Source: Neoconidiobolus thromboides FSU 785 (taxonomy: Eukaryota; Fungi; Entomophthoromycota). Taken from it: 64,000 nt of DNA. The notes beneath the pieces are model-generated. The model saw only the letters and a program-made list of their open reading frames with translations. It was not told the DNA's origin and searched no databases. A program made the translations under genes and the position numbers. Every line of letters begins with the position of its first letter. Positions within the stretch are counted from its first letter, which is position 1. Shown here piece after piece: positions 1-13,860 of the stretch. Location of the stretch: contig MU626277.1 in NCBI GenBank assembly GCA_025603075.1, positions 116,519 to 180,518 of the forward strand, written 5' to 3'.

Positions 1-469
1 ATTTTTGTCTTATGGCTATTTAACTTTTTGACTAGCATTGCTATATGAAATTGAATTAATAATTTTGAATTTTGGATTTTATTTTTCGAAATTATTGTTA
101 TGCAATAAAATATATTTTTTGCAGGTCAATTTTGAAATAAATGGTGATGATAAGAGTATTTAAAATAATATATCAAAAAAATCAAAGTATTTAAAGTAAA
201 TTAATTGATATTGTTTTAGTATTAAAAACATCATTACTGAAAGCTTCATTTTGTATATACCATTTGTTTATCAATATTAAAAAAGCTTAAAGCTAAACTA
301 TAAAATTTTCATAATGAATTTACTTTTTTAGCAAAATTAATATGAAAAACCAATCAACTAGGCCGGAATAGCTTTCTAATTGGCTAATATTTACTTATAG
401 TTGTTTACGTATGCTATCTCTTTCATATAACTTAGTCTCAAGCAATTTTTTAATTATTTTTTAAACAAA

Positions 470-1842
<1,373 letters not shown>

Positions 1843-1931
1843 ATCAGAAAGTATTCTTTTTAACAACATTAAATTTAAAATAATCGGAAAAAACATTTTT
1901 ATTTTATTTGACATTTATTTATATTTACTTA

Positions 1932-3501
1932 TTATTTTGAAGGGCAATAATTTTTATCATCCAATACAGCGATAGAAGCACCTAAACACCATCCAGTTTC
2001 TAAGTTTTTAATTTTCTTAGCAGTACGTATCAATCGACCATCTTCAATGTCAAAACCTGTATTTAATAAAGTATATAAATAAGTAACATCAAAACATCTA
2101 TAAGGCTTAGATTCAAGTTGATCTAAAGCTACTTGGTTTCCTTCAAAATATTCTTTATCGTTATTACATATACGTTTTGCTAATTCCTTAATTTCTTTAA
2201 CTGTAAATTTCTCGTTCAATCCAAAAGGTTGAGTACGATCATAAAAGAAAGAAAAGGCATAAATGTCATTATCTCCAAAAGTATCTTTTAGGCTAGGTTG
2301 ATAAATCCCATTGAAAGAGCAGGGATTTAAACGACATTCTTTTTCTTTTTCAAACAATCTCTTTGCTAAAGTATGGCATTCATCAAACGAAGTAGCTACT
2401 CCTATGGCTTTATACTCTTTTCCATCTTTTAGGTATTGGATTTCGTGGCCCTTTTTAAAACAAGGATGATCATAACTATCAATCTCATTATCGTTTTTGG
2501 TATTCGCTTCAATTAACAATTGATGTGATCTAGATCTTGCTTCATTTAAACCATATCCAAGATAACTTTGTTGGTATAAAACATGATGTCTTCCAGAAAA
2601 ATCAAGTTCGAACTTGTGTTCGCCATCTTCCAATTTATAAGGAAGTTGAAACTTGGGTTCAAATACTAATTGCACAGAGCCACCACCTAAGTCAATAGTT
2701 GCTACACTTGAGCCTTCTTTGGCATCTGAGTTTAATTTTTCCAATAAATAATTTACAGTAATCCAAGCATAGACACCTAAAATAAAGTTTAAAATACTAT
2801 AGTATATTTAATGCTAATAGCATACCTTCATCCTTTCCACTCATAATTTCAACCCCATTTTTATCAATAATAGGAAACGGGAAGTGATGTTTAATACGAT
2901 GACGTACTGCGCCTAAAACTGCATCACTTTTCTTTTTGTAAATTCTGAGACCAGCGGTAGCTTTGACAGCAATTGGAGTACATTCATGTAACTCTTTAGG
3001 TACCGACTTTAAAGCTACTTTTAAAAGTTTATCTAAACTTTTTGCTGCTTCTTCAGGGTCTGAGATATAGTCTGAAAGCCCAGGCTTAAGTTGCTCAAAT
3101 ACTTCATCTTCAATTTCCGGGTTCTTCTTACAGAAATTAAATCTATATACATGGATTCTTGATCCACTGGAACCAGCATCGATCATTAATACATATTGCT
3201 TTAAAGGTTTTCCTGGATAAGCAGAGCTACAGGCATTAGTCAAACCTTTGGTAAAAATATAAGATTGAATCCTAGAACTATTTACTAAATTAAATTTACC
3301 TTGCTCTTTGGGCTCTAAATTAGCTTTACGCGAAAATAAATAGATACCAAGTACGAATAAACAAACAGCAGCTAAGATCTTGATAAATTTACCATTGTCT
3401 TGTTTCAACTTTTTTGAAACAGAGTTATTTGTATCATACTCTTCCATAAGCATAGGATCTGTATCAACCCGATGTGGTTCTGAAAGTCTTCTTCTTGCCA
3501 T
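1932..3501 (-). CDS. GDA1: Golgi guanosine diphosphatase / apyrase (GDA1/CD39 family), type II membrane protein
   Basis: N-terminal TM helix. Apyrase conserved regions IDAGSSGSRIHVY, KATAGLR, MSGKDEGVYAWITVNY (joined across intron 2777-2825) and DLGGGSVQ. C-terminal GWCLGA. Confidence 0.93.
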
Positions 3502-4293
3502 TACTAAGTTATAATTGAGTCAAGTTATCAATATGAGTTTTCTTTATTTTCTTGCTTTTATTTGGTCTCTCCAACCCTTTTTTTGTTCTAACCAATCAAA
3601 GTTGGGTTAGTGAATTTGCTTACTCTTTTAATTATATCATTTCAAAATATTTCTTTTAGTTAAACAATCGGATTATATTTTATATGTATAATTTATCCTT
3701 TTGTTAACTATTATAAAATTTTAAAATTACAAGTTTGACAGCAATGAAAGAATAATAAAGTTTAATAATTATACTTTAATCCGATATTTTAAAAAAACGA
3801 TTTCAAAAGGTTAGATTTTTTCAGCCACCTGCTTTCCATGGATAAACTCTAATCGGTATAAAGACTGTATTAAAAATTCGCTTTAAATTTTGAGTTATTA
3901 CTAAATTTACTTCTTCAGTGATAAGGAAGAAAAAAGACATTGATCTATAATTGTAAAGTGGATAATACCATAACTCAATAATAAACTATCAATTTATACA
4001 TATAAACAGCAACTTTTATTAATAAAAATAAGTCTTATAAGCAATGGATGAATAGCTTAAACAATGGTAAGTATGTAAGATTGGATTATAAATTAGATTG
4101 CTAACAATAAAAACACTCTAATATAAAATAAAGCCAAATTAAGAATACCAAAGTTACAAATAAAGTTCATGCGTTAAACAAAAATAAAAAGATTTAATTT
4201 TAAATGAAGCATATCAAACTAACACTACACGATTAAGTATAACAACTAATCAAAATAATAAAATTCTACTTAAAATCTAAACAAATCTAAAGT

Positions 4294-6198
4294 TTAAGAA
4301 GATAATGCGGAAGGAACCAGTAGTATATCCTCTTTAAGCCATTCCATACGATAAGCTAATCTCTCTTCTAACTCAGAATGTAATAAATATTGATTTACCC
4401 CTTGTAAATAACTATTCATCTTTACTTTTTTAGGCTCTTCACTTGGTGTTCCTGGTGGGGAATTTGAAAACTCAAGTACAGCCAACTCAAAATAAGAATA
4501 ACTTAACGTTGTTGACTGGAATGTATTTGAACCTGGAAGATTAATCAGGTGACTTAAATGTTGTTGTGCTAAATCCCAATCATTTGATTCTCTATAGATG
4601 GACCCTAATATCATATGGCTTAAGATATTCACCTCATCATCCATTATGATTTGATCTGGTTTTGGAGCATTAAATGAATTGAGCTGTTCAATAAGATCGC
4701 CAAGTTGTTTTTGAGACATAAAATGGAATCCGTTAAAGTAATAAGTAACTTCAAGTTGAGGAAGAGACTGTAATAAAAGATCAGAAGTACTGTTAGCATT
4801 TAAACGCTCGTTATAGAAATGAGATCTGCTTTTTACAAATGCCTCAATTGGGATTGTTCTTCCGCCAATTCTTTTTTTGATTAAAGTTGGTGCTTCTATA
4901 AATAAATTGCTGGCTTTAGTTACTTCGCCAACACGAAGGTAGCATGTTGCTTGTAGATAACAGTAAAAGGCTTTTGACCAGTTGGTTTCGGTATGTAATT
5001 CAGAAAAACATTCAGCTGCTTTTAAATAATCACCTACTAAAATCTTACACCTAAGTAACAAATTAATATTTATAAATCAAATATTGTTATTCAAACTACC
5101 ATGCATATTCATATAAAATTAAATATTTCAATTCTGGCCAAGAATCAGTTTTTTGGTTTAGTGCATTTTCTAAAAGTGTAGTCACATCGTCAAGGTCGCC
5201 CTTTAGCTTGAGGAACTTACACTCTAGAAGGATCCATATACGACCTTGGGGATAAATACTTCTGAATTTTGGAATTAAATGCTCTGCTTCTTGATATTCT
5301 CGAGTGCTAGAAACAGGTAGGTGTGAAATAAAAGATAGCCAACCAGAGTAAAAGGATAATAACAACATGGATGATAAAGACCCATGAAGGCCTTTATAAA
5401 GTATGGAATTCTTTAAATAGGAAATGGCTTCACTTCTTTCTACTACATGAAATCCAACACTACTAAGTAAGCCTTTTGCTTTACGTGGTAAAGAAGATAT
5501 CATTAATTTTAATAATCCTAATCCAAAGCTAACACCACTTATTAAAAAGCTGTCAAATGGATCTAAAATGATTAATTTTAGATATTGTATTTGTTGATTT
5601 AGTTACCTTCCGTTACTTTTGAAAATGGTTCATTGTTTAAATCTTTTTCATTTAATTCCAAACCTACCGCTTTATCCAAGAATACAAAGCTATCATATGC
5701 TTTTTTTAATCGGTACGCTGCTTTAGCATACTCTGATAGGGATTGTGACAAAAAGGAAACAGCAGAAAGCATTATCAAAGAATCGGCTGATACTAATTTT
5801 AATAATAATTCTGCTTTTTTGAGCTTTTTATATGACATCGAATTAGCATCGATGGTTTTGAGTGAGCTAGTTATTGCTGTAGTCCAGGCACTAGCTGTAT
5901 TTTCCGAAGCTTGCAATTCTTTAGAGGCTAAACTAAAGCCAGACTCTTCGAAACCCATAATACTAGTTTGAAAGGCTAAGGTAGCTTTACCAAATGAGAT
6001 CATCGGATTTTTCTCATTAGGGTAACTTGAATCTGATCCTAAGTTTTCTTTTTCATTTAGTAAAGCTTGAGCTTGTTTAATTCTATCGTTCAAAATATGA
6101 TCGAAAGATGCTTCTAATTCCAACAATCCATCATAGAGACACTGTAAACTTTTGGTGTTATCAATTGGTTTTGGTTTGCTTCCAAATAGACCGAACAT
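4294..6198 (-). CDS. IML2/TTC39-family (DUF3808) TPR-like protein, 3 or more exons
   Basis: Three consecutive minus-strand ORFs (5599-6198, 5096-5503, 4294-5061) separated by intron-sized gaps. Motifs LLSSVGF, WSKAFYCYLQATC, GRTIPIEAFV, FELAVL resemble IML2/TTC39 helical repeats. Confidence 0.72.
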
Positions 6199-7632
6199 GT
6201 TAAATAAAAAGAAATGAAAGATAAAAAGAACTGATTATTAAATAAAATGGTGTTACCCTAAGTTCTATTATTAATAATAGTTTTTTGATTTTCAACAATT
6301 TATTGATTAGATTTTATTAAGGGGTTAGCCATATTTGGATGATAAATAACAGAGGCTAATTTGGTAGCAACCTAATTCTTACCCCATTTGCTTAATTTGG
6401 TAATATCACTGCCCGTTTTTTAGTAACTAACTTATTTCTGCAATTCATTGGTTCTGGAGCTTTATCTTATGTTTAAGCTATTTGAAGAACCTAAATTAAT
6501 TATGAACTAAATTTAAAAATTTTACATAAAATAAGGTCCTAAATCTTTAAAAATAAATCTCTAATTACATCACATGTACTAATTTAAATTTTATGCGATC
6601 TTTTGCAAAAGCAATAATTTACCCGGGGATTAACTGTTTTTATATTAAATAATGAGCCAGTTTATATATGACAAGATTATTTATAATAATAAATGGCCTA
6701 TAAATTCGTGATACATATATAAATATGTTACTAGAATAAAGTAAATATTTAGACATTACAAAGCTGTTTTTTAAATTTTTGGTCGTTTTAATCCATTTTA
6801 TAATAATTTATAATATTATAAGTACTTTTTATAAGTAATGCGATTTCGGTAATAGCAACTTTGAATTTTTTTGAAATCTTTAACATTTTAAAAAATTGGT
6901 CTAACTAATATTTTTAAATCAACCAAGCTCAAATTGTTGCAAATAAACTTAAATTATTTAACCTAAGATAAAGTTTTTATTTACTAGCGTTAACTTTTGT
7001 GTTTAAATTAAATGATTTTAAAGACTATTCAAATAATCATTAATAGCTCATAGTGTAAATAATACATCGCTTTATTCCCTCAAATTTGTAAAATAAAAAA
7101 TAAAAATGTTTGGGTATAAAATTGAAAGCAAGTTATAAAATTATTACAACTACTATCTTCCTATTCAAAAATTGCTAACAAATATTATTGAAATATATTA
7201 TAAATATATGTGAAGTACTATGCCTAGAATATAGTTAAAATAAAACAAAAAATTAATAATGAACAATCATTAGACTATTTTAATTTTAAAAATATGGTTT
7301 TCGTTTTATTTCTTAGTTTTAAAAGAGTATAACCCCATAAGTGTTTCATTTATGTAGGAAGGAAAAAGTACAAGCGTATGTGCAGTTAAAGTGGAAACGA
7401 TGTTGTTTTATTTTATTTCTCTACTTATTTGTGAGTTATAGCAGAAATATAAAGAGTATAAAGATCAGATCATTTTTCCAGCCATTGCGCTATTGTAGCA
7501 AAAACTAATAACAATTATGGATTATCTATTTAAAAAAATCGAACGTCATAAAAACAAATCATTTTATAAATCAAAATAATAAATAACATTTTTACAATAT
7601 AAAAAAGCGGAGTAGTGAATCGCATTAAAAAT

Positions 7633-10600
7633 ATGAATCAACAATCGTCGACTGGGTCAAATAATAAGCGAGATGTAAATGAGCTAGAGAGCATTAATGA
7701 AAAAATAGATAGTGTGGTATTTTATATTTACCTTAATACTTATGAATCTAATTTTTAGAATTTTGAAAGAGAAAATTTAAAGCTTTTCTTAAAAGCGAAG
7801 CCTAAAAGCTCTGAAGAGTACAGCAGTTGGAATGAAATAGGAAAGAACAAAATAGGGATACTACAACCAAAAGTTCAAAAGCAAGAGTCAGATTTACAGA
7901 TGTTAAGAAAGCAGAACAAAGAGATAGAGGAAATATTAAGGATAAATGAAAAAGAATTAGTACATTTAAGAGAAGAAACGACTATCTTCATTAGTAAAAA
8001 AGCTATACTTATATAAAATAATTGAGTTAAAATATTTATTTAGATGAAAATAGTAAATTAAAGGAAGATATTAAAATGAAAAATGAAACGACTATTGATT
8101 TGGTTGAGTATTTTGATGAACAAAGGCATAATATTAAACATGTAAGTTTTATTATTAGCTTATTTATGTTTATTAAATTTGTGTTTTGAGTTTACTGAAA
8201 TAAGGAATGAGCTTTCTAAGGCTATTCCAATAATAGAAAGAGAAATCTTAGAAGGAACTATTGAGCATAACAACAAGCTAAAGCTTATGAAAGAGTATGA
8301 TTTAAAAAATGAGCATATTCAAATTATGCAATCTAAATATAATAAATTGAATGACGCGCTTCAAAATGGAGAAGCTCTTCCATTTTCTGCTGAATTTACT
8401 GTCCGTTCATTTTCAAATGATAATTCACTATTCTCATCACCGATTTCGACAAGGAGCCATTTGATATCGGAAATCAAAATTAAATCAGTTGATGGTGAAG
8501 GAAATGTAGAGTATAATGATAAACATTCTAAACTATACCAAGGATTAGATGCTGATCGTTATAAAATGAACCAAGAATTGGATGAAAGTTTTAGAGAAAT
8601 AATGGAACAAGTTATGGAAAAAGCTGCAGCTAAGACAGAACTAGAAAATGACATTGAAAGCAACTCTCGAGAGTATATAGAAAATAACTTTAACAACTTA
8701 ATCCTTGAACCTGCGGTTTATCCAAATGAAAAAGACGAAATTGATAATACTGTGAATTTTTCTATGAATAGGGATAAGAAAGAGTATGAAGAGAACCAAG
8801 AAGAAAAACAAAGAGAACACATTGAAGCATCTAATGACTGTGATGTTTTGGATCAATGGGATAATAGTTCGAATGGAATAAATTATGAAGAAATTAATGA
8901 AATAGGTACATCTGAAGAGGAAATTCAAGAATTCTTAACACATATCAAAGACGTGGCTAGAAATATTGAAACTAAAATTCTCGTTGATTTCAACGTTACT
9001 TCAAGTCAAAATTTATCAGATTTTACATCCACACTTAACGATATGGTTGAAGATAGTGAAACTAACTTTATAGATCCAGATGCTACTCCAACACAAAACT
9101 CATTACTTCTTCTACCAGAAATTAATAATGATCACATAAATATATTTAAAAATGATGGAGATCTTACTCCAACTATTGAATCGGTTTCTTTTTTATATAG
9201 TGAATCTAATACTGATACAATAAAACCAAGCTTAGAATTTGAAAGCTCATTAATCGATGAAATCAATATTCTGGAAAGTGCTGGAGATATAAATATAACC
9301 AATGCTTATATAGACAATGATGTTGAAGGAAATAGCTGTGAGTTGTTTGCAAATGATGATAGTTTAAATAATAATAACAATATATCTGATAATAGCACTG
9401 GCACAACTAAGAATGATTTGTTCAGTAGTAATGAGAGCTCCGATGGTATTAACCTGTCTGATAGTGATAATAGCTCAATTGATGATGAAATAGAAGATGA
9501 ATCTATATCGTTTAGAGGAAAAAAGAAGCAATTATATAATCTTGAATGTTCGTCATCAGAGATACTTACTTCATTTTCGCTAATGACATCAGAATCGTTC
9601 AACACTAACAGTCTTTTAAATGTGAATCATGATCTCGAAGATAAACAATATGAAGTTCGTGATAACAAAAAAGATGAAACCTATGATAATGAACAAAGTA
9701 AGATTCAAGGTAACGAACAAAATGGGGCCCAATCCGTTATTCAAGGCGAGATTCAAATAAGCAAAAAGGATGTGATTCCAGTTATGAATTTAGTTACCAC
9801 TCAAGCCAACAACACGAATGGAAATGAATTTATTATTCAAGACAATATTCAAATGTTTGAACAGAATACAATCCAAGATGTTGATCTATATGACATTCAA
9901 GTCAATGGGAAAAATGAAAATCAAGCTATTATTCAAGATGAGATTCAAATTGATCAACATAATGGAGCTTACATTTACGAACAGGATAGTATTCGTGCTA
10001 CTAGTTTAAAGTATATTCGAGCCAGTGTAGAAAATGAAACTCAAGCTATTAAAAAAAACGTCAATTTGATAAATGAGAGAGGCGAAATACAAAAATATGA
10101 ACAGGATGAGCCCCAGGTTAATGAACAAGTTGATATTCAGGAATATGAGGGAGATGGTATTCAAGCTATTACTCAAAGTGATAGTCAAATTAATGCTCAA
10201 AATCAAATTCAGGATGATAAAGATGACTTTTGCATTGATGAACAAGAGGTCGCCCAGCCTGGCAAACAAGATAATATTCAAACTATTAGCCCAGGCAACG
10301 CTCAAGCTTACGATCAAATGTATATTGATGTTCAAAATGAAGCTCAAGGTCTACAGAATAAAACTCAAACTATTTATCAAGGTATTATTCAGGAATATGA
10401 AAAGGATGAAGCCCATACTAACATACAAAGCGAAATCGGAAATAATAGTCAAAATAGAATCCAAACTAGTAGGGAAACGGATATCTCAAATATCGATATT
10501 GATATAACTCATGCTAAAAAACAAAACGAGACTGAAAGTGATATGAAATATAATGCGCATGTTGAAAGTCAAGTTATTATTGAAAATAGTACTCACGTCA

Positions 10601-11964
10601 ACAAAGCAAATGACATCCAAACCGTTGGTATATATAAAATTCAAGGTGATAGAGCAAGGGACACGCAAGGTTATGTACATGATGGAACCCGAGCTATTGA
10701 TGTGGATGAACTCCAAACTACTAGCCAAGATGAAGTTCAAAGTAGTAGGGAAAGTAGTGTCCAAATTTATGCACACGATAAAGCCCAAGCTATTATTCAA
10801 AATGATACTCAAGATGGTGTGCAAAATGAAGACCAGGATGGCAAGCAAAACAAATTCCAAGCCAATGAGCAAATTGAAATTCAAATGATTAAGGAAGGCG
10901 AAATTCAAGACAGTGAACAAAACGGGATCTATAATGGTAGCCAAAATAATATTGACATATATGGTCAAAATATAGTCCATGTTATTGCCCAAAGTGATCT
11001 TCAACTTTATAATCAAAATAGGTCTCAAAATGTGACTCAAAATGATGAACAGGGTGAATCTCAGATAAATGACCAGGACAAATCTCAAATATGCAGGGAA
11101 GGTGATATCCAAATCAATGAGCGACATGAAATTCAAGCTGTCAGTCCAAATGATACCCGAGTTAACGAGGAAGGCATAATTCAGGATGATCAAGATGCAA
11201 CTCAAGGTAATGGTAGAAGTGAAATTCAAGATAATACGCAGAATGAAGTTCGAACTAGTGAGAAGGATAAAAGTCGAATTATAACTCAGGCTGAGGTTAT
11301 AGCCGATGAGTACAATAAAATTTATAGTATCAGTCAAAATGGAATTCAAACTAATGAAGAAATTGAACAAAATGCTGATCAACCTGTTAAATTAAATAAA
11401 ATCCAAGCCATTATACAAAATAAAGTTCAAACAATTAATCAAGATGTAGTTCGAATTAACGAACAAAATCAAATTTACCTTAATCAGTTAAATGATATCC
11501 AGATTAATAAGGAAAATCGAGTTCAAGCCATTAGCCAAAATAAAATTCAAACTAATGGGAATGATAAAGTTCAAGCTGATAAACAAGACTCAATTCAAGC
11601 TATTAAGCAAAATGAAATTTTAAAGCAAAGCTTTAGTTATAGTAGGATAATTAATTTTGCTGTATCACCGGTAATAGTATCATCTATTATATCAATTATT
11701 ATATTTTTGCCAATTATCATATCATATACTAGCTTACTTCTTAAAAAGTGCTTATTGTACGTGTTTAGTAATGATATGAGCGATTTTGAATATACTATAT
11801 TTTATTATATATTTGACTTTTTTTATGAGATCAATGAATACTTATATAATTTTGTAACAAACTGCCCTTATTATAGACCAATAATAAAACTAATGAGGTT
11901 TATTCATTCTCTTGGTTTACCATATGTTGGATTTGAGAATATAATTTATGCTAAAAATTTTTGA
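7633..11964 (+). CDS. Orphan large protein: N-terminal coiled coil, acidic region, ~650-aa degenerate Q/N-rich octapeptide repeat, hydrophobic C-terminus
   Basis: 1261-aa open frame 8179-11964. Upstream in-frame exons 7633-7716, 7759-7993 and 8044-~8142 have GT-AG introns. The last junction into the big exon is ambiguous. No recognisable homology. Confidence 0.75.
9690..11630 (+). repeat. Degenerate 24-bp / 8-aa coding tandem repeat, consensus Q-[N/D]-x-[I/V]-Q-x-x-x
   Basis: In-phase units, e.g. QNKVQTIN/QDVVRINE/QNQIYLNQ/LNDIQINK/ENRVQAIS/QNKIQTNG/NDKVQADK/QDSIQAIK/QNEILKQS. Recurrent ATTCAA in the DNA. Confidence 0.85.
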
Positions 11965-13528
11965 TTTTTCGGATAATTATCAAAGCCAATAAGTACCAGT
12001 TGGAATATTGCCCATCTCTCATAGTCTGTTTAATATCGGATAATAAAAACTAATGTATTGATCAAAATTCAACCAGTAAAATAATAAATTGTAACTGCCA
12101 TAGTTAAGAGTTACTTAAAGTTTTGATTTATTTGGCCCTTGGTGAGTAGTTAAAAATAAGTAAAAGAATAAAATTTTATACGTTTATCAGTAATAATATT
12201 TTGATTTGATTTGATTTTCTCTATTAGTTCTTATAGTGTAAAAGCTTACAATCGTCTATTGAAATTAAAGTTGGTTATGTTTTTTAAATCTATTTATATC
12301 ACCATTGATTTTATAACGTTGATAAGGCGATTAATGGCTTCTTTATATAATCATCACTAGTAAATTTATTAAATTTAGAAAAAAAATAAAAGATTTTCCC
12401 AACACCACTCTTAAATCTAATTTAAGCAACAAATATAGATGGCTATTTAATACTGTGTATTCTCTATAAGGTAATCGACTCTGTATCTATAAGCAGTAGT
12501 ATTCACAAGAGCAAAAGAAGGTTCAGTAAGAAAAGAATAAAATCAATATTAATATTTGCTGCCTGAACAATAAGAGTGTTTAAACTACTAAGATAATACG
12601 GAAAAATTTAAACCAATCAAAGGAAGCAAGAAATTTAACGGATTAATTGATTAATAAAAGATAAAGTTTATGGTAAGGATAAACCAAAAATCAAAATGTT
12701 GTGAACTTTATTAAAGCTACGACTTACTTAGAATCCGAGACATTTAAAAAAAAACTTTACAAAACTAAACAATGATATTGCTTCATCTTCAGCATTTTAT
12801 GTCCATTTACATTAATGATTTCAACCATTCTAAAATAGTTTTCATAACGATCATAATTTAACATAGAGGGATGTTTTTTTTGACTACCACAAGGATCAAT
12901 CATTAACTAAAACAAAATGTTGCATAGTTTATCAACCGATGCCTTTGGTATCGTTTTGTAATTTTATTATTCATTATGTGGCCTTGAAAAACATGACAAA
13001 AACAAAAGCTAAATAGTAAAGGCATCCCTAATCATAAAATCCGTAAGCAGTAAAAAGCTAAAATGGCATAAAACTTGAAGGTTTTTAGCCCTAATGATCA
13101 ACTTATTCTGAGTTGCTAAAATTACATTTTTTTCGAAGGAAATTTTAAACACTTTACAAAGTTTATACTTTTTGATGAAATTTTTAACAGAAATCTTATT
13201 TCAAATTATTTACTACTGGGAATGTTTTAAAATAAAAGTTAGTAGTTTAAAATAGCAACGCCAAAAAGTACAATTTTAGCATTTTTTACTCTATGTTTAG
13301 GGATACTCTAAGAGCAACAGTTGGTCTAAAAGATACCATTTAAGATAAACCTAAGTTGGTATATTATTATTATTTATTGACTTTAGCATGGTATTATTAT
13401 AAATGGCTTTTATAATATATTAATATTAACTAAATGATTATTACCATTTTTTAATTTTTGGAAATTAAAAATAAGCTTGCAATATTTTAATTTTTTTAAA
13501 TACTAAATGCTCAAATTGTAACAGAACA

Positions 13529-13628
13529 TGGGAATTTATCTTTTCGTTTAAGAATTTTACTAGTAATTTTTCCACTCAATAGCGCTTAAAAAATGGAAAA
13601 AGTGATGAAGCCAAAAAAGACATCTTCA
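13529..13628 (-). mobile_element. MITE-like ~100-bp repeat, copy A
   Basis: Reverse complement matches the family core TTTTTCCATTTTTTAAGCGCTATT-GAGTGGAAAAATT..TAGTAAAATTCTTAAA. Degenerate termini TGGGAATTT...ACATCTTCA. Confidence 0.85.
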
Positions 13629-13860
13629 TATATTATAACATTTGAATATATTTGAGCAAATCGAAACCGACACATTAATTTTTATATAAATAAAGTATGT
13701 ATAAAAAATAATCAAACTGTTTTTAAAAATAAAAAACAATCTTTGTGCTAATCAATTTATATTTTAAAACTTTAAAACAAATCTCTGCAACCAAAAAGTT
13801 AATATCAAAAAATACGACATAAAAGTCCATTTCACAAGATAATATACTGTAGTAGTCACT

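Noticed and set aside
8698-11382. Several long alternative-frame and antisense ORFs inside the repeat gene
   Set aside because: Shadow ORFs caused by the repetitive codon content. They are hydrophobic low-information translations with no motifs.
9690-11630. Ice-nucleation protein (also octapeptide-periodic)
   Set aside because: Lacks the AGYGS/TxT water-organising motifs and any secretion signal. Only the period is shared.
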